Below are positions 10,601 to 19,349 of a DNA stretch of 64,000 bases, in pieces (position 1 is the stretch's first letter; each line of letters starts with the position of its first letter). The notes below the pieces were generated by a model. It worked only from the letters and a program-made list of their open reading frames with translations. It made no database searches and was not told the DNA's origin. A program made the position numbers and the translations under genes. This DNA is from a bacterium (GTDB lineage: Bacteria > RBG-13-61-14 > DATKZS01), in the NCBI GenBank assembly GCA_963674965.2, contig CAXXFL010000006.1:576001-640000 (forward strand). The letters are read 5' to 3'.

Positions 10601-13600
10601 CATCCGGGATCGTTCATGTCGACGTCCGACCAGGAGTCGTTGTCAACTCCGTCGTCGCAGGCCACGGCCGCGTTAAGCTCGCTGGTATCGGAAGGGTCCG
10701 TGCATCCGGGATCGTTCATGTCGGACAGGGAGTCGTAGTCGTTGTTGGCCCCGTCGTCGCAGGCGACCGCAGGGTTCTGCTCGCTGCCGTCGGTGGGGCT
10801 CGCGCAGCCGGGGTCGTCCATGTCCACCAGAACGTCAAGGTCGTTGTTGACGCCGTCGTCGCAGGCCACGGCCGCGTTAAGCTCGCTCGAGTCGGTGGGG
10901 TCCGTGCATCCCGGGTCGTTCATGTCGGTTAGGGAGTCAAAGTCGTTGTTGACCCCGTCGTCGCAGGCGACCGCGGGATCGTTCTCGCTGGCGTCGGTGG
11001 CGTCCGTGCATCCGGGGTCGGCCACGTCGGTAAAGGAGTCGGTGTCGTTGTTGATTCCGTCGTCGCACTCGATGGCGGCGTTGGTCTCGGCCGTGTCGGT
11101 GGGTCCGGAGCAGCCGGGGTCCGCGGCGTCGGTAAGGGAATCGAAGTCGTTGTTGGCCCCGTCGTCGCAGGCGACCGCGGGATCGTTCTCGCTCGAGTCG
11201 GTGGGGCCGGTGCATCCGGGGTCGTTCATGTCAATGTCCGACCATGAGTCGTCGTCGATCCCGTTGTCGCAGGCGATGGCGGCGTTGGTCTCGGCCGCGT
11301 CGGTCGGGGAGGAACAGCCGGGATCGTTCATGTCGGTGAGGGAGTCGTAGTCGTTATTGGCCCCGTCGTCGCAGGCGATGGCGGGGTTAAGCTCGCCGTT
11401 GGCGTCGTCCCTTGTCGAGCAGCCGGGGTCGTCGTGGTCGGTAAAGGAGTCGTAGTCGTTGTTGACCCCGTCGTCGCAGTCCACGCCCGCCTCGTACTCG
11501 CTGACGTCGGTGGGAGCGGAGCAGCCGGGGTCGTTCATGTCCACGTCGCCCCAGTTGTCGTTGTCCGAGCCGTCGTCGCAGGCCACGGCGGCGTTAAGCT
11601 CGCTGGTGTCCGTGGGACTGGAGCATCCGGGGTCGTTCATGTCCGTGAGGGAGTCGGTGTCGTTGTTGTTTCCGTCGTCGCACTGTACCGCCAGGTTGAG
11701 CTCGCTCGAGTCGGTGGGGTCCGTGCATCCGGGGTCGTTCATGTCCACCAGGGCGTCAAAGTCGTTGTTGACTCCGTCGTCGCAGGCCACGGCGGGATCG
11801 TTCTCGCTCGAGTCGGTTGGGCCGGTGCAACCGGGGTCGTTCATGTCGGTAAAGGAGTCGGTGTCGTTGTTGACCCCGTCGTCGCACTCGACGGAGGCGT
11901 CGGTCTCGGTCGCGTCCGCGGGGCTCGAGCAGCCGGGGTCGTTCATGTCCACCAGGGAATCGTAGTCGTTGTTGGCCCCGTCGTCGCAGGCCACGGCGGC
12001 GTTGTTCTCGCTGGTGTCGCTCGAGTCGGCGCATCCGGGGTCGTCCATGTCGATGAGCCCGTCGGTGTCGTTGTTGACGCCGTCGTCGCAGGCGATGGAC
12101 CCGTTGGTCTCGGTGGAGTCGGTGGGCGAGGCGCATCCGGGGTCGTTCATGTCGATATTGGCGTCGTGGTCGTTTGAAATCCCGTCGTCGCAGGCGATGG
12201 CGGGATTGAGCTCGCCGTCCGAGTCGTCCCTGGCCGAGCATCCGGGGTCGTTCCTGTCGGTAAATGAGTCGTAGTCGTTGTTGGCCCCGTCGTCGCAGTC
12301 CACGCCCGCCTCGTACTCGTCGGTGTCGGTGGGCGACGAGCATCCGGGGTCGTTCATGTCGATATCCGCCCAGGAGTCGTTGTCCGATCCGTCGTCGCAG
12401 GCCACGGCCGCGTTAAGCTCGCTGACGTCGGTGGGTGATGCGCATCCGGGGTCGTTCATGTCGGTAAGGGAGTCGTAGTCGTTGTTGTTACCGTCGTCGC
12501 AGGCCACGGTGGGATTGAGCTCGCTGCCGTCGGTGGCGCTCGAGCATCCGGGGTCGTTCATGTCGATAAGACCGTCCGAGTCGTTGTTGGCCCCGTCGTC
12601 GCAGGCGATGGCGGCGTTGGTTTCGGCCGTGTCGGTGGGGGAGGAGCATCCGGGGTCGTTCATGTCCGTAAGGGAGTCGTAGTCGTTGTTGGCCCCGTCG
12701 TCGCAGGCGATGGCGGGATTTAGCTCGCTGGCGTCGGTGGCGCTCGAGCATCCGGGGTCGTTCATGTCGATAAGCCCGTCCGAGTCGTTGTTGGCCCCGT
12801 CGTCGCAGGCCACGGCGGGATCGAGCTCGCTCGAGTCGGTGGCGCTCGAGCAGCCGGGGTCGTCCATGTCAATCAACCCGTCCGAGTCGTTGTTGGCCCC
12901 GTCGTCGCAGGCGATGGTGGCGTTGGTCTCGGCGGTGTCGGTGGGCGAGGCGCATCCGGGGTCGTTCATGTCCACCAGGGAGTCGTTGTCGTTGGTAATC
13001 CCGTCGTCGCAGGCGATGGCGAGGTTCAGCTCGCCGTCGGCGTCGTTTCTGGTCGCGCATCCGGGGTCGGCGTGGTCGGTAAAGGAGTCGGTGTCGTTAT
13101 TGGCGCCGTCGTCGCAGGCCACTCCCGCCTCGTACTCGTCGGCGTCGGTCGGAGACGCGCATCCGGGGTCCGTCATGTCGATGTCGGACCAGGAGTCGTT
13201 GTCCAATCCGTCGTCGCAGGCGATGGCGGGGTTGAGCTCGCTCGAGTCGGTCGGCGAGGCGCATCCGGGGTCGTTCATGTCGGTGAGGGAGTCGTAGTCG
13301 TTGTTCGAGCCGTCGTCGCAGGCGATGGACATGTTGAGCTCGCTCGAGTCAGTGGCGCTCGAGCATCCGGGGTCGTTCATGTCGATAAGCCCGTCCGAGT
13401 CGTTGTTGATCCCGTCGTCGCAGGCCACGGCGGGATTTAGCTCGCTCGAGTCCGTCGGCGAGGAGCATCCGGGGTCTCCCATGTCGGCCAGTCCGTCGGA
13501 GTCGTTGTTCACGCCGTCGTCGCAGGCGATGGAGGAGTTGAGCTCGCTCACGTCGGTGGGGTTGACGCATCCGGGGTCGTTCATGTCGGTGAGGGAGTCC

Positions 13601-15117
13601 AGGTCGTTATTGACCCCGTCGTCGCACTGGACGGCGGGGTTAAGCTCGGACGTATCCGTGGAGGAGTCGCATCCGGGGTCGTTCATGTCGATAAGGGAGT
13701 CGGTGTCGTTGTTGATTCCGTCGTCACAGGCGATGGCGAGGTTGAGCTCGCTCGAGTCTGCGTCGCTCGAGCATCCGGGGTCGGCAATGTCCACCAGGGA
13801 GTCGTAGTCATTGCTTATGCCGTCGTCGCAGGGACGGGAGGGGGAGTACTCGCTGGTGTCCGCCGGTCCGGTGCAGCCGGGGTCGTTAAAGTCCACGTCT
13901 CCCCACCCGTCGTTGTCGATGCCGTCGTCGCACTCGGCCGAGCCCAGCTCGTCGTCGTCGTTGGCGTCGGCGCAGCCGGGGTCGCTCGGGTAGTCGGCGT
14001 ATCCGTCGCCGTCGTTGTCCACGCCGTCCGAGCAGCGCGGCGGCGGGGAGGGGTCGCGCTGGGCCACGACCACGCCCTCGCCGGAGGTCCCGTTACAGTC
14101 GAGGAACACCAGCTCGATGGTGCAGGATTCCTCCACCGTGGGCGTGATAAAGTCGTATGTGGAGCCGCTGATGGTACCGGCGCAGGTGTCGTTGGTCCCG
14201 ACCGTTATTGTCCCGTAGTTACCCAGTCCGCCCTTGGGCTCGAAGCCCACGCTGACCCTTTCCTCCCTCATGAGGCCGGTAAGGGGCTTCTCGGGGCTGA
14301 ACTCGATAAAGGGGTCCTCGAAGTAACCGCCGAAAACCAGCGGCACGGTCTCGGTGGCCTCGTCCGTGAACAGGGTGGTCTGATAGGTAAAATCGAGGTC
14401 GGCCTGGAAAATCTCAATGTTAAAGGTCGTACTGGCCTGAAGGCCGGTCACGTCGAGGGGAACGACCATGGCCCCGTTATGAAGCTCGATGGGCACGCTG
14501 GGAAAGGTGATGCCCCAGGCCGGATCGGTGACGTTAACGTAGAAGCCCGAGCCGGGCGGACAGGTCTGACTGACGGGAATCGAGATGGTGTCTCCCCCTT
14601 GGGACACGGCCAGGAAGGGAGGATCGGCGTGCAGGGTCGAGTAGTCGTCCTTTAATTGGGTGACCAGCTCGACGGAAACGGGGTCGCCCTCCAAATCCAG
14701 GGAAGGAGGATCGGGCGTGTAGAAGTAATCGACGTTGAACTCGCCGGTGGGAGGGCTACCCGCGGGTATCCTGTAGACCTTGGCGTCGACGACCCTTCCC
14801 TGCCCGGAGTCCACCACCATGGTGATTTCCGAGCCGGGCGTATAATTATGATAGTAGTACTCCTCGGAAGGATTGGTGAGCGTGATCAGCACGTGGTAGA
14901 CGTCGCCCGAGGGCGGCGCCACGTACTGGCGCGTTTGGGCCTCCTCGGCGGCGTAGGCGACCCGGGAGGGGGAAGCCTCGGCGTCGGGGACCTCGACGAT
15001 CAGCGATATGGAGGCCTTGCCCGGACCGGCGTCGGGAATGTCCTGACAACCGAAGCCGAGCGCGGCGACCAACGAGACAACCAGCAACGCCGATCGGGAC
15101 CAAAGTATCCTGCTCAT
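7621..15117 (-). CDS. Giant (~2498 aa) surface lipoprotein: N-terminal domain, 50 Cys/Asp-rich repeats, C-terminal right-handed beta-helix
   Basis: ATG 15117 six nt after AAGGAG; lipobox-like LVAALGFGC; CDDGxxNDxDxxxDxxDPGC repeats; FVSATGNDGDTGTSWATA (DUF1565-like); Pmp-like GGAI/FxxN beta-helix motifs; terminal DPLFV...YLS...SPGIDAG...VDLGYH. Confidence 0.9.
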   Translation of the reverse strand: MSRILWSRSALLVVSLVAALGFGCQDIPDAGPGKASISLIVEVPDAEASPSRVAYAAEEAQTRQYVAPPSGDVYHVLITLTNPSEEYYYHNYTPGSEITMVVDSGQGRVVDAKVYRIPAGSPPTGEFNVDYFYTPDPPSLDLEGDPVSVELVTQLKDDYSTLHADPPFLAVSQGGDTISIPVSQTCPPGSGFYVNVTDPAWGITFPSVPIELHNGAMVVPLDVTGLQASTTFNIEIFQADLDFTYQTTLFTDEATETVPLVFGGYFEDPFIEFSPEKPLTGLMREERVSVGFEPKGGLGNYGTITVGTNDTCAGTISGSTYDFITPTVEESCTIELVFLDCNGTSGEGVVVAQRDPSPPPRCSDGVDNDGDGYADYPSDPGCADANDDDELGSAECDDGIDNDGWGDVDFNDPGCTGPADTSEYSPSRPCDDGISNDYDSLVDIADPGCSSDADSSELNLAIACDDGINNDTDSLIDMNDPGCDSSTDTSELNPAVQCDDGVNNDLDSLTDMNDPGCVNPTDVSELNSSIACDDGVNNDSDGLADMGDPGCSSPTDSSELNPAVACDDGINNDSDGLIDMNDPGCSSATDSSELNMSIACDDGSNNDYDSLTDMNDPGCASPTDSSELNPAIACDDGLDNDSWSDIDMTDPGCASPTDADEYEAGVACDDGANNDTDSFTDHADPGCATRNDADGELNLAIACDDGITNDNDSLVDMNDPGCASPTDTAETNATIACDDGANNDSDGLIDMDDPGCSSATDSSELDPAVACDDGANNDSDGLIDMNDPGCSSATDASELNPAIACDDGANNDYDSLTDMNDPGCSSPTDTAETNAAIACDDGANNDSDGLIDMNDPGCSSATDGSELNPTVACDDGNNNDYDSLTDMNDPGCASPTDVSELNAAVACDDGSDNDSWADIDMNDPGCSSPTDTDEYEAGVDCDDGANNDYDSFTDRNDPGCSARDDSDGELNPAIACDDGISNDHDANIDMNDPGCASPTDSTETNGSIACDDGVNNDTDGLIDMDDPGCADSSDTSENNAAVACDDGANNDYDSLVDMNDPGCSSPADATETDASVECDDGVNNDTDSFTDMNDPGCTGPTDSSENDPAVACDDGVNNDFDALVDMNDPGCTDPTDSSELNLAVQCDDGNNNDTDSLTDMNDPGCSSPTDTSELNAAVACDDGSDNDNWGDVDMNDPGCSAPTDVSEYEAGVDCDDGVNNDYDSFTDHDDPGCSTRDDANGELNPAIACDDGANNDYDSLTDMNDPGCSSPTDAAETNAAIACDNGIDDDSWSDIDMNDPGCTGPTDSSENDPAVACDDGANNDFDSLTDAADPGCSGPTDTAETNAAIECDDGINNDTDSFTDVADPGCTDATDASENDPAVACDDGVNNDFDSLTDMNDPGCTDPTDSSELNAAVACDDGVNNDLDVLVDMDDPGCASPTDGSEQNPAVACDDGANNDYDSLSDMNDPGCTDPSDTSELNAAVACDDGVDNDSWSDVDMNDPGCTDPTDTDEYEAGVDCDDGANNDYDSFTDQADPGCSSRDDATGELNPAVQCDDGINNDYDSFIDVNDPGCTDVTDSSELNLAVQCDDGSNNDYDTLFDMDDPGCADPTDTSELNAAVACDDGADNDGWGDFDMDDPGCSDPADTDEYEAGVDCDDGVNNDYDSLTDHDDPGCSSRNDANGELNPAIQCDDGADNDTWGDVDMDDPGCSSPTDASEYNPAVACDDGANNDFDSLTDVNDPGCADASDGSELDLSVECDDGVDNDGWSDVDMGDPGCSDPTDASEYEAGVDCDDGINNDYDSLIDQADPGCSARDDADGEFNLSVECDDGADNDRWLDEDMLDPGCTDPTDTSEYDAGVECDDGGDNDADGFADVDDPGCIDSEDSSERDLSVECDDGINNDSWADVDMADPGCSAPDDASELDPAVECDDGVDNDGWLDVDSADLGCLDATDSSEYGDTSMPCDDGLDNDQWGDVDVADPGCADEGDLDEYDAGVECDDGVDNDGWGDVDYDDPGCVDWLDASEFGADVCDDGTDNEGDAMIDSLDSGCSGPGDTTEFITWFVSATGNDGDTGTSWATALANPQTAIDGASYGDLVYVNSGTYSTTGAATDPVLSMKEGVDIYGSFLGLEGATVDRGDTLLTILDGNTSSYHVVAISCNDVILDGFIIKSGFASGVADQYGGGVYAQAASDVTVRDCLLMGNYAQADGGAIYLDGVDNFNLEYLTLEGNSAQASGGGIGMSLSSGSIYGCFLTLNAANDGAGIYSNWSDLELVNSYLLSNTASGGTGGGLFIDGLNGNSASISQTIFDANSSLVGGGAVGVLNSDTVAISNCLFVNNGGLMGGAMNVANSSPTITNSTFNLNSSTNGPGAIYNEESSSLIRDSIFWNNSTSLGLFDELDASGTALPTISNCIVDGDSAGAPGTWTNIIDADPLFVIGPRGAFYLSNTLAGDLVDSPGIDAGAVTAAAAGMSGKTTRKDGVVDGGTVDLGYHSNP
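8932..14034 (-). repeat. Intragenic tandem array of 50 ~102-bp (34-aa) units
   Basis: Counted from the translation: 50 units of CxxGxxN/DxDxxxDxxDPGCxxxxDxxExxxxxx over 5103 bp. Confidence 0.95.
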
Positions 15118-15506
15118 AACCATCTCCTTATATCCGCAAGTGAGAGCCCTGAATAAAACCGTCTCCATCGATGGGCCGATGGAAACGCAATTTACCCATC
15201 ATAAAAATCGAAGTTACGCTATATCTATTATTAGCCGCTGGGGACGTAATAGTCAAGACAGAATTTCACCGCGTGGAAAATAAAAAAACCCTGAAATATC
15301 TTTGAGTTTATTGACAAGCGCCATATCATGCGGACAATTTTGCACGTTCCGTACCAAACACATTATATGTCTTTTTATTCCAGATAGTTAGAATAGTATT
15401 CCATATTGGAGGAGCGGCGTCTTCCCACCCGTTCTCCTCTAAGGCTTATTACCATGATTTTACCCGGTCCCGCCGGCAAGCGGCACGAGAGCTTTGCTAC
15501 CGTTCT

Positions 15507-16382
15507 TCATGGACACGGAAAAAAAGTAATGGCCGCGATCGACGATGGCATTCTTTCCGAGTCGGACCTGGCTTTCGCGAACAACTCTCCCTTTTCCTCG
15601 GCCGCTTTTTCCTTCAGGTCCAGAGGCAATTGAGGCAGGAACTCGAGTCCCGATGGTTCCCTTATCTGGCCGTACAGCCAGAGCATACCGGGCAGAAGTT
15701 CCTCGTTCTCGCCCGAGCAGTAATAGTGCCTGGAGGCGTTGGCCCATACCACGTCGAAGTCCGAGAACTGTAGCCTTACTTCCTGGGAGCTGACGGCCAG
15801 GGAGACTTGCAGGGACCTGTCGAGCCTTTCTCTTTCCGGGATGGTCAGTCCCCTCCCGAAGCCGGGTATTTTCGAGACGCAAAAGCTTATGTAGTCCTTC
15901 AGGGCCTCGTAGCTCTCGCCGGGCACGGGCGCGATCCCGTAGGTTTTCGATCCGTGTACTCCCATGGTCTCCCATCCGATCAACGCGGCGACCGACGAAA
16001 AGGGAACGTCGCCTCGTCGGGACAGCTCTCGCAGCCTGGAGCGGGCGGAGTTTTTCATGGTCCTCTTGATCATGGGCCCGGACTTATCGTAAAGTTCCGC
16101 GAACGCGGCGGGGGTCAGGGAACCCTCCTTGACGACTTCACTATCCGACGGAAGAGGACCCAGGACCCCGGCGGGATCGAAATCATCGTCCAACTCGGCC
16201 CCCGCTATCCGCAAGACCTTGACCCAGGCGTCCTTTTTGCTCACATCGGACGCTGGTTTCGCGGCGGGCTTGAGGTCGTCTCCTCGCGCCGGGATCAAGG
16301 CGCCGGCGGCGAACATGACGACCATAAAGCAGATAAATTTCCAGTGAACGCCCTGGATACCAGCCAATAGGTTCTTTTTCAT
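15507..16382 (-). CDS. Hypothetical exported protein (3' end possibly frameshifted)
   Basis: Hydrophobic leader (FICFMVVMFAAGALIPARG); no recognised domain. Start uncertain (16382 or 16412). Confidence 0.55.
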   Translation of the reverse strand: MKKNLLAGIQGVHWKFICFMVVMFAAGALIPARGDDLKPAAKPASDVSKKDAWVKVLRIAGAELDDDFDPAGVLGPLPSDSEVVKEGSLTPAAFAELYDKSGPMIKRTMKNSARSRLRELSRRGDVPFSSVAALIGWETMGVHGSKTYGIAPVPGESYEALKDYISFCVSKIPGFGRGLTIPERERLDRSLQVSLAVSSQEVRLQFSDFDVVWANASRHYYCSGENEELLPGMLWLYGQIREPSGLEFLPQLPLDLKEKAAEEKGELFAKARSDSERMPSSIAAITFFPCP

Positions 16383-16401
16383 CGCGGGTAGCCTTTCCTT
16401 T

Positions 16402-16974
16402 TCATCTTCCATCTTGAACGGCGCTTTTGGCCTGGGCCTCGGCCTGGGCGTAAATTTCTCCATCCTCTCTCCAGACGACGCAGGAGTCCTTGATATACTC
16501 GAGCATAAATGAGGCGTAATCCGGGAGAACGGGCTCGAGCCTTTGCCTGGTGGCCCATCCCATAATGGCGGCCGGTCCCATGGCGAGGACGAGGTTCTTC
16601 AGATGCTGGCACCCCCTGGCGCCGCCGAGACGGGCGTTGACTTCCTTGCCATACCCGTAGGAAATGGCCACGCCGGCCAGGTCGCCCACCCGATGGAGGG
16701 CCTCGGGACATTCGCCAAAGGGCACGGTGGTCATCTCGGCCTCGGCCCGCTTGATCCGGGGAGGGGCCCCGCCCACGAGGAGCCTGACCTCGATGCCGTG
16801 GACCCGGCCCGGCTCGAGCGCGCGATCCGACGAGGTATGGATGGGAACGTACCTTTCATCGTCCAGTCTTCCCTCGATGATAACGTCGCCTTCATCGTTT
16901 TCGGCGAGAAAAGTCCGTATCTCGATTTTTCTGGTTTGAAGGCGCTCGCCTTTCAGCTTTTCAAGCCCGCTCAT
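16402..16974 (-). CDS. DUF2889-family protein
   Basis: TRKIEIRTF, EGRLDDER, VHGIEVRL, VPFGEC, LGGARGCQHL, IKDSCVVW pattern. Confidence 0.8.
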   Translation of the reverse strand: MSGLEKLKGERLQTRKIEIRTFLAENDEGDVIIEGRLDDERYVPIHTSSDRALEPGRVHGIEVRLLVGGAPPRIKRAEAEMTTVPFGECPEALHRVGDLAGVAISYGYGKEVNARLGGARGCQHLKNLVLAMGPAAIMGWATRQRLEPVLPDYASFMLEYIKDSCVVWREDGEIYAQAEAQAKSAVQDGR

Positions 16975-17004
16975 TTACATCTCTCCAAGCATGATTAAAA
17001 AACC

Positions 17005-17030
17005 AGGCCGCCGGAGACGACCGGCGGCCT
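17005..17030 (-). terminator. Intrinsic terminator after transporter operon
   Basis: AGGCCGCCGG/CCGGCGGCCT stem then GGTTTTTT on the minus strand. Confidence 0.75.
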
Positions 17031-17048
17031 TGAGAATATTTCCCGCTA

Positions 17049-18536
17049 CTATTTTACCACGAGCGGCACCTGCATGCCGTGGTGGAAAATCCAGGCCACC
17101 GCGATGGCGACGGGAATAACGAAGATGAACAGGGCCACGAAGTAGACGCCTATCATCCTTCCGAACCTGGACTCGGCCAGTTTTTTAAAGTCCGTAATCA
17201 CTCCGATGCTTACAAAAGTGAGCATGAAAAAGAGGGTCCTCATGCCCTTCTCGACCGGCTTGGCCCCTATCTTGGCCAGGTCGGTCACGTGGGGCAGGAG
17301 GAACAATATCCCCAGGTAGGCGAACCAGGTGCAGAAGTAGCCCAGCACGAACTTGGGGAAACGGTGCCATATCTCGGACTTGGGCACGATCTCGCCCGGC
17401 ACCCGGTCGATCTTGTACACCCAGACCAGGGCCAGCACGAAAGCCCATAGTCCTATGAACATGTCGATCCAGATTTTGGTCATGACCGCGCTGGTGGTGA
17501 TGTATCCTTCCTTCCAGACCGTGCCGTCCATGGCAAGTTTGCGGTTGCGCATAAGCTCGTCCATCACCGCCCCCGCCGCCGCGTCCGCCCCGTCGGTCTT
17601 GACGGCCATGCCCATGGCCGCGCCCGCCACCACCGGCTCGTCGATCATGGTGGCCGTGAAAACGGGCGGGAGGACCACAAGCTCGATGACGGCGTAGACC
17701 ACCACCAGGGCCGACACCATGACGGGAACGATGGGCTTGGCCCTGACGGCCCCTCCCGTGGCCACGGCCGCCGAGACACCGCAGATCGAGATGGCCGAGG
17801 CCAGAACGGCCGCCGTTTTTCTGGGCAGGTTGAAGATTTTCCTCGAGATAAGGTAGATGCCGGGCCAGAAAATCAGGTAGGCCACGATGGTCGCCGCCGC
17901 GCCCGCCAAGGCAAGCTCGAAAATAAAACCGGACGCCTCCATGGCCATGTAGCCCACTTTGACGCCCAGGAAAACGATGGCCGTCTTGATGTACCACTCG
18001 GGCTTGGCCGCTTCACAAAGGAACTGGGCCAGGGGCTTGGCAAAGTTGCCGATCAGAAGACCCACGATAAGGGCCAGGATATAAGCGGCCCCTCCCCCGA
18101 GAGACAAGCTGAAATCGAGACCGAACTTCTGTCGCTTGGTTACGTCGGCGGCCAAAAAGGCGTGATGGCCAAGTATCCAGCAGACGTAGGTGATAAAGAA
18201 AATAATGGTCCAGCCCAAAACGTACTTTTTCACGTTCCATCCCATGAAATAGGCGCCTATGGTAGTGGGGATGGTGAAGATAAGATAGCTTACGACAATG
18301 CTTCCGAACATGCCCAGGCTCTCATAGCCTTTTCCCATGGGTTTCACCGAGTTAAGCATCCCTTTCAGATCGACCCACTGGGACGGATAGGCTATCCAAC
18401 CCACCAGGTCTACGCCGGTTATGGAAAGGAGGCCGAGAAAGAAAAAAGTAAAGCCCAGCCATACCGACCACCAGTCCTCCTGGGAAGACATGCCGCTATA
18501 CCACTTCCTGTTCTCCAGGCTCATGGGAGCGCTCAT
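17049..18536 (-). CDS. Putative sulfate exporter (YeiH/PSE) family membrane transporter
   Basis: Multi-TM; EDWWSVWLG, PEWYIKTAIVFLG, ISICGVSAAVAT, RFPKFVLGY. Confidence 0.85.
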   Translation of the reverse strand: MSAPMSLENRKWYSGMSSQEDWWSVWLGFTFFFLGLLSITGVDLVGWIAYPSQWVDLKGMLNSVKPMGKGYESLGMFGSIVVSYLIFTIPTTIGAYFMGWNVKKYVLGWTIIFFITYVCWILGHHAFLAADVTKRQKFGLDFSLSLGGGAAYILALIVGLLIGNFAKPLAQFLCEAAKPEWYIKTAIVFLGVKVGYMAMEASGFIFELALAGAAATIVAYLIFWPGIYLISRKIFNLPRKTAAVLASAISICGVSAAVATGGAVRAKPIVPVMVSALVVVYAVIELVVLPPVFTATMIDEPVVAGAAMGMAVKTDGADAAAGAVMDELMRNRKLAMDGTVWKEGYITTSAVMTKIWIDMFIGLWAFVLALVWVYKIDRVPGEIVPKSEIWHRFPKFVLGYFCTWFAYLGILFLLPHVTDLAKIGAKPVEKGMRTLFFMLTFVSIGVITDFKKLAESRFGRMIGVYFVALFIFVIPVAIAVAWIFHHGMQVPLVVK

Positions 18537-18537
18537 C

Positions 18538-18807
18538 TCAACTTACCTCCTCGGACCGCCGGGAGAGGTCCAGCCGAACGATCCGGTTGAAATAATGGTT
18601 GGAATACTGCCTGATCCATTGGGGAATGACGCCGTTGTCGAAGGTCATGCGGACGTATAGCTCATCACCGCCGCCCCCCTCCCCTTTGTCCCTGAAGGCC
18701 CGGGCAAGCTCGAGGTCGAGGTTGGCCAGGGTGTCGGCCTCGGCGCGGACGTCGCCGTTCTCGGCGATCCATCGCTTTCCGTCATGGATGAGCCTTAAGT
18801 CCAGCAT
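18538..18807 (-). CDS. DUF5395-like small protein
   Basis: ATG 18807; LIHDGKRWIAEN...MTFDNGVIPQWIRQYSNHYFNR. Confidence 0.7.
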   Translation of the reverse strand: MLDLRLIHDGKRWIAENGDVRAEADTLANLDLELARAFRDKGEGGGGDELYVRMTFDNGVIPQWIRQYSNHYFNRIVRLDLSRRSEEVS

Positions 18808-18812
18808 GGCCG

Positions 18813-19058
18813 TCAAGTAAGGAGAAACTTGTGGATCAGGTATCCGAACAGGGCCAGAAGAAAAAGGGCCGCCCCAAACGAGCCCAGCACGACCTTGGTC
18901 TCGATGGGGTCCCAGGGCTCGGCGTTCTCGAAAACGTCGTGGGTCTCGAGAGCGTCCACGCAAAGCGCGCCCTTTTCAGCCGCGCCTTCCACCTTCGACT
19001 CCGCGTCGAGGGCGTCGCAATTTTCCTCGACTTCCTCCGGCCGCTTGTTCTCGTCCAT
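18813..19058 (-). CDS. Small acidic protein with C-terminal TM helix
   Basis: GGAGG RBS; EPWDPIETKVVLGSFGAALFLLALFGYLI; first gene of a tightly packed three-gene unit. Confidence 0.7.
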   Translation of the reverse strand: MDENKRPEEVEENCDALDAESKVEGAAEKGALCVDALETHDVFENAEPWDPIETKVVLGSFGAALFLLALFGYLIHKFLLT

Positions 19059-19349
19059 TCTCACGCCTCCATTGGAAAGTAAAATGGTTGAAGGGGACCC
19101 TCCACGCGAACGACTCCATTTTAATACCGCCCCTTTTGCAATGCAATCTTTTTCGACCTCGGTTTTGAGGGACCTGCCGAGCGAGCGACGCGCGCCTGGC
19201 CGGCCGATATCCTTCTAACGCCACCCATCCATGGGCTCGAGGACGAAAGTTTTGGCTTCGTCTTTCATCAAGCGTCGAAGCTGAATAACGCGATAAACGT
19301 TGGAAGCGCGATACCGGATATGCCGGTACGCTATTAGGAGAGGTTTTTC

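Noticed and set aside
8545-13993. Long plus-strand ORFs (e.g. 795 aa at 8545..10932 and many Ser-rich ORFs)
   Set aside because: Antisense shadows of the GC-rich repeat gene.
8932-14034. ~102-bp periodic DNA with recurring CCGTCGTCGCA and CCGGGGTCG resembling a CRISPR or non-coding array
   Set aside because: Units lie in one open frame, vary in a codon-wise manner, have no unique spacers, and no cas genes are present.
15263-15273. ATTTCACCGCG shared with 56484-56494 near TTGACA boxes
   Set aside because: An 11-bp match is expected by chance in 64 kb and the spacing to the promoter differs.
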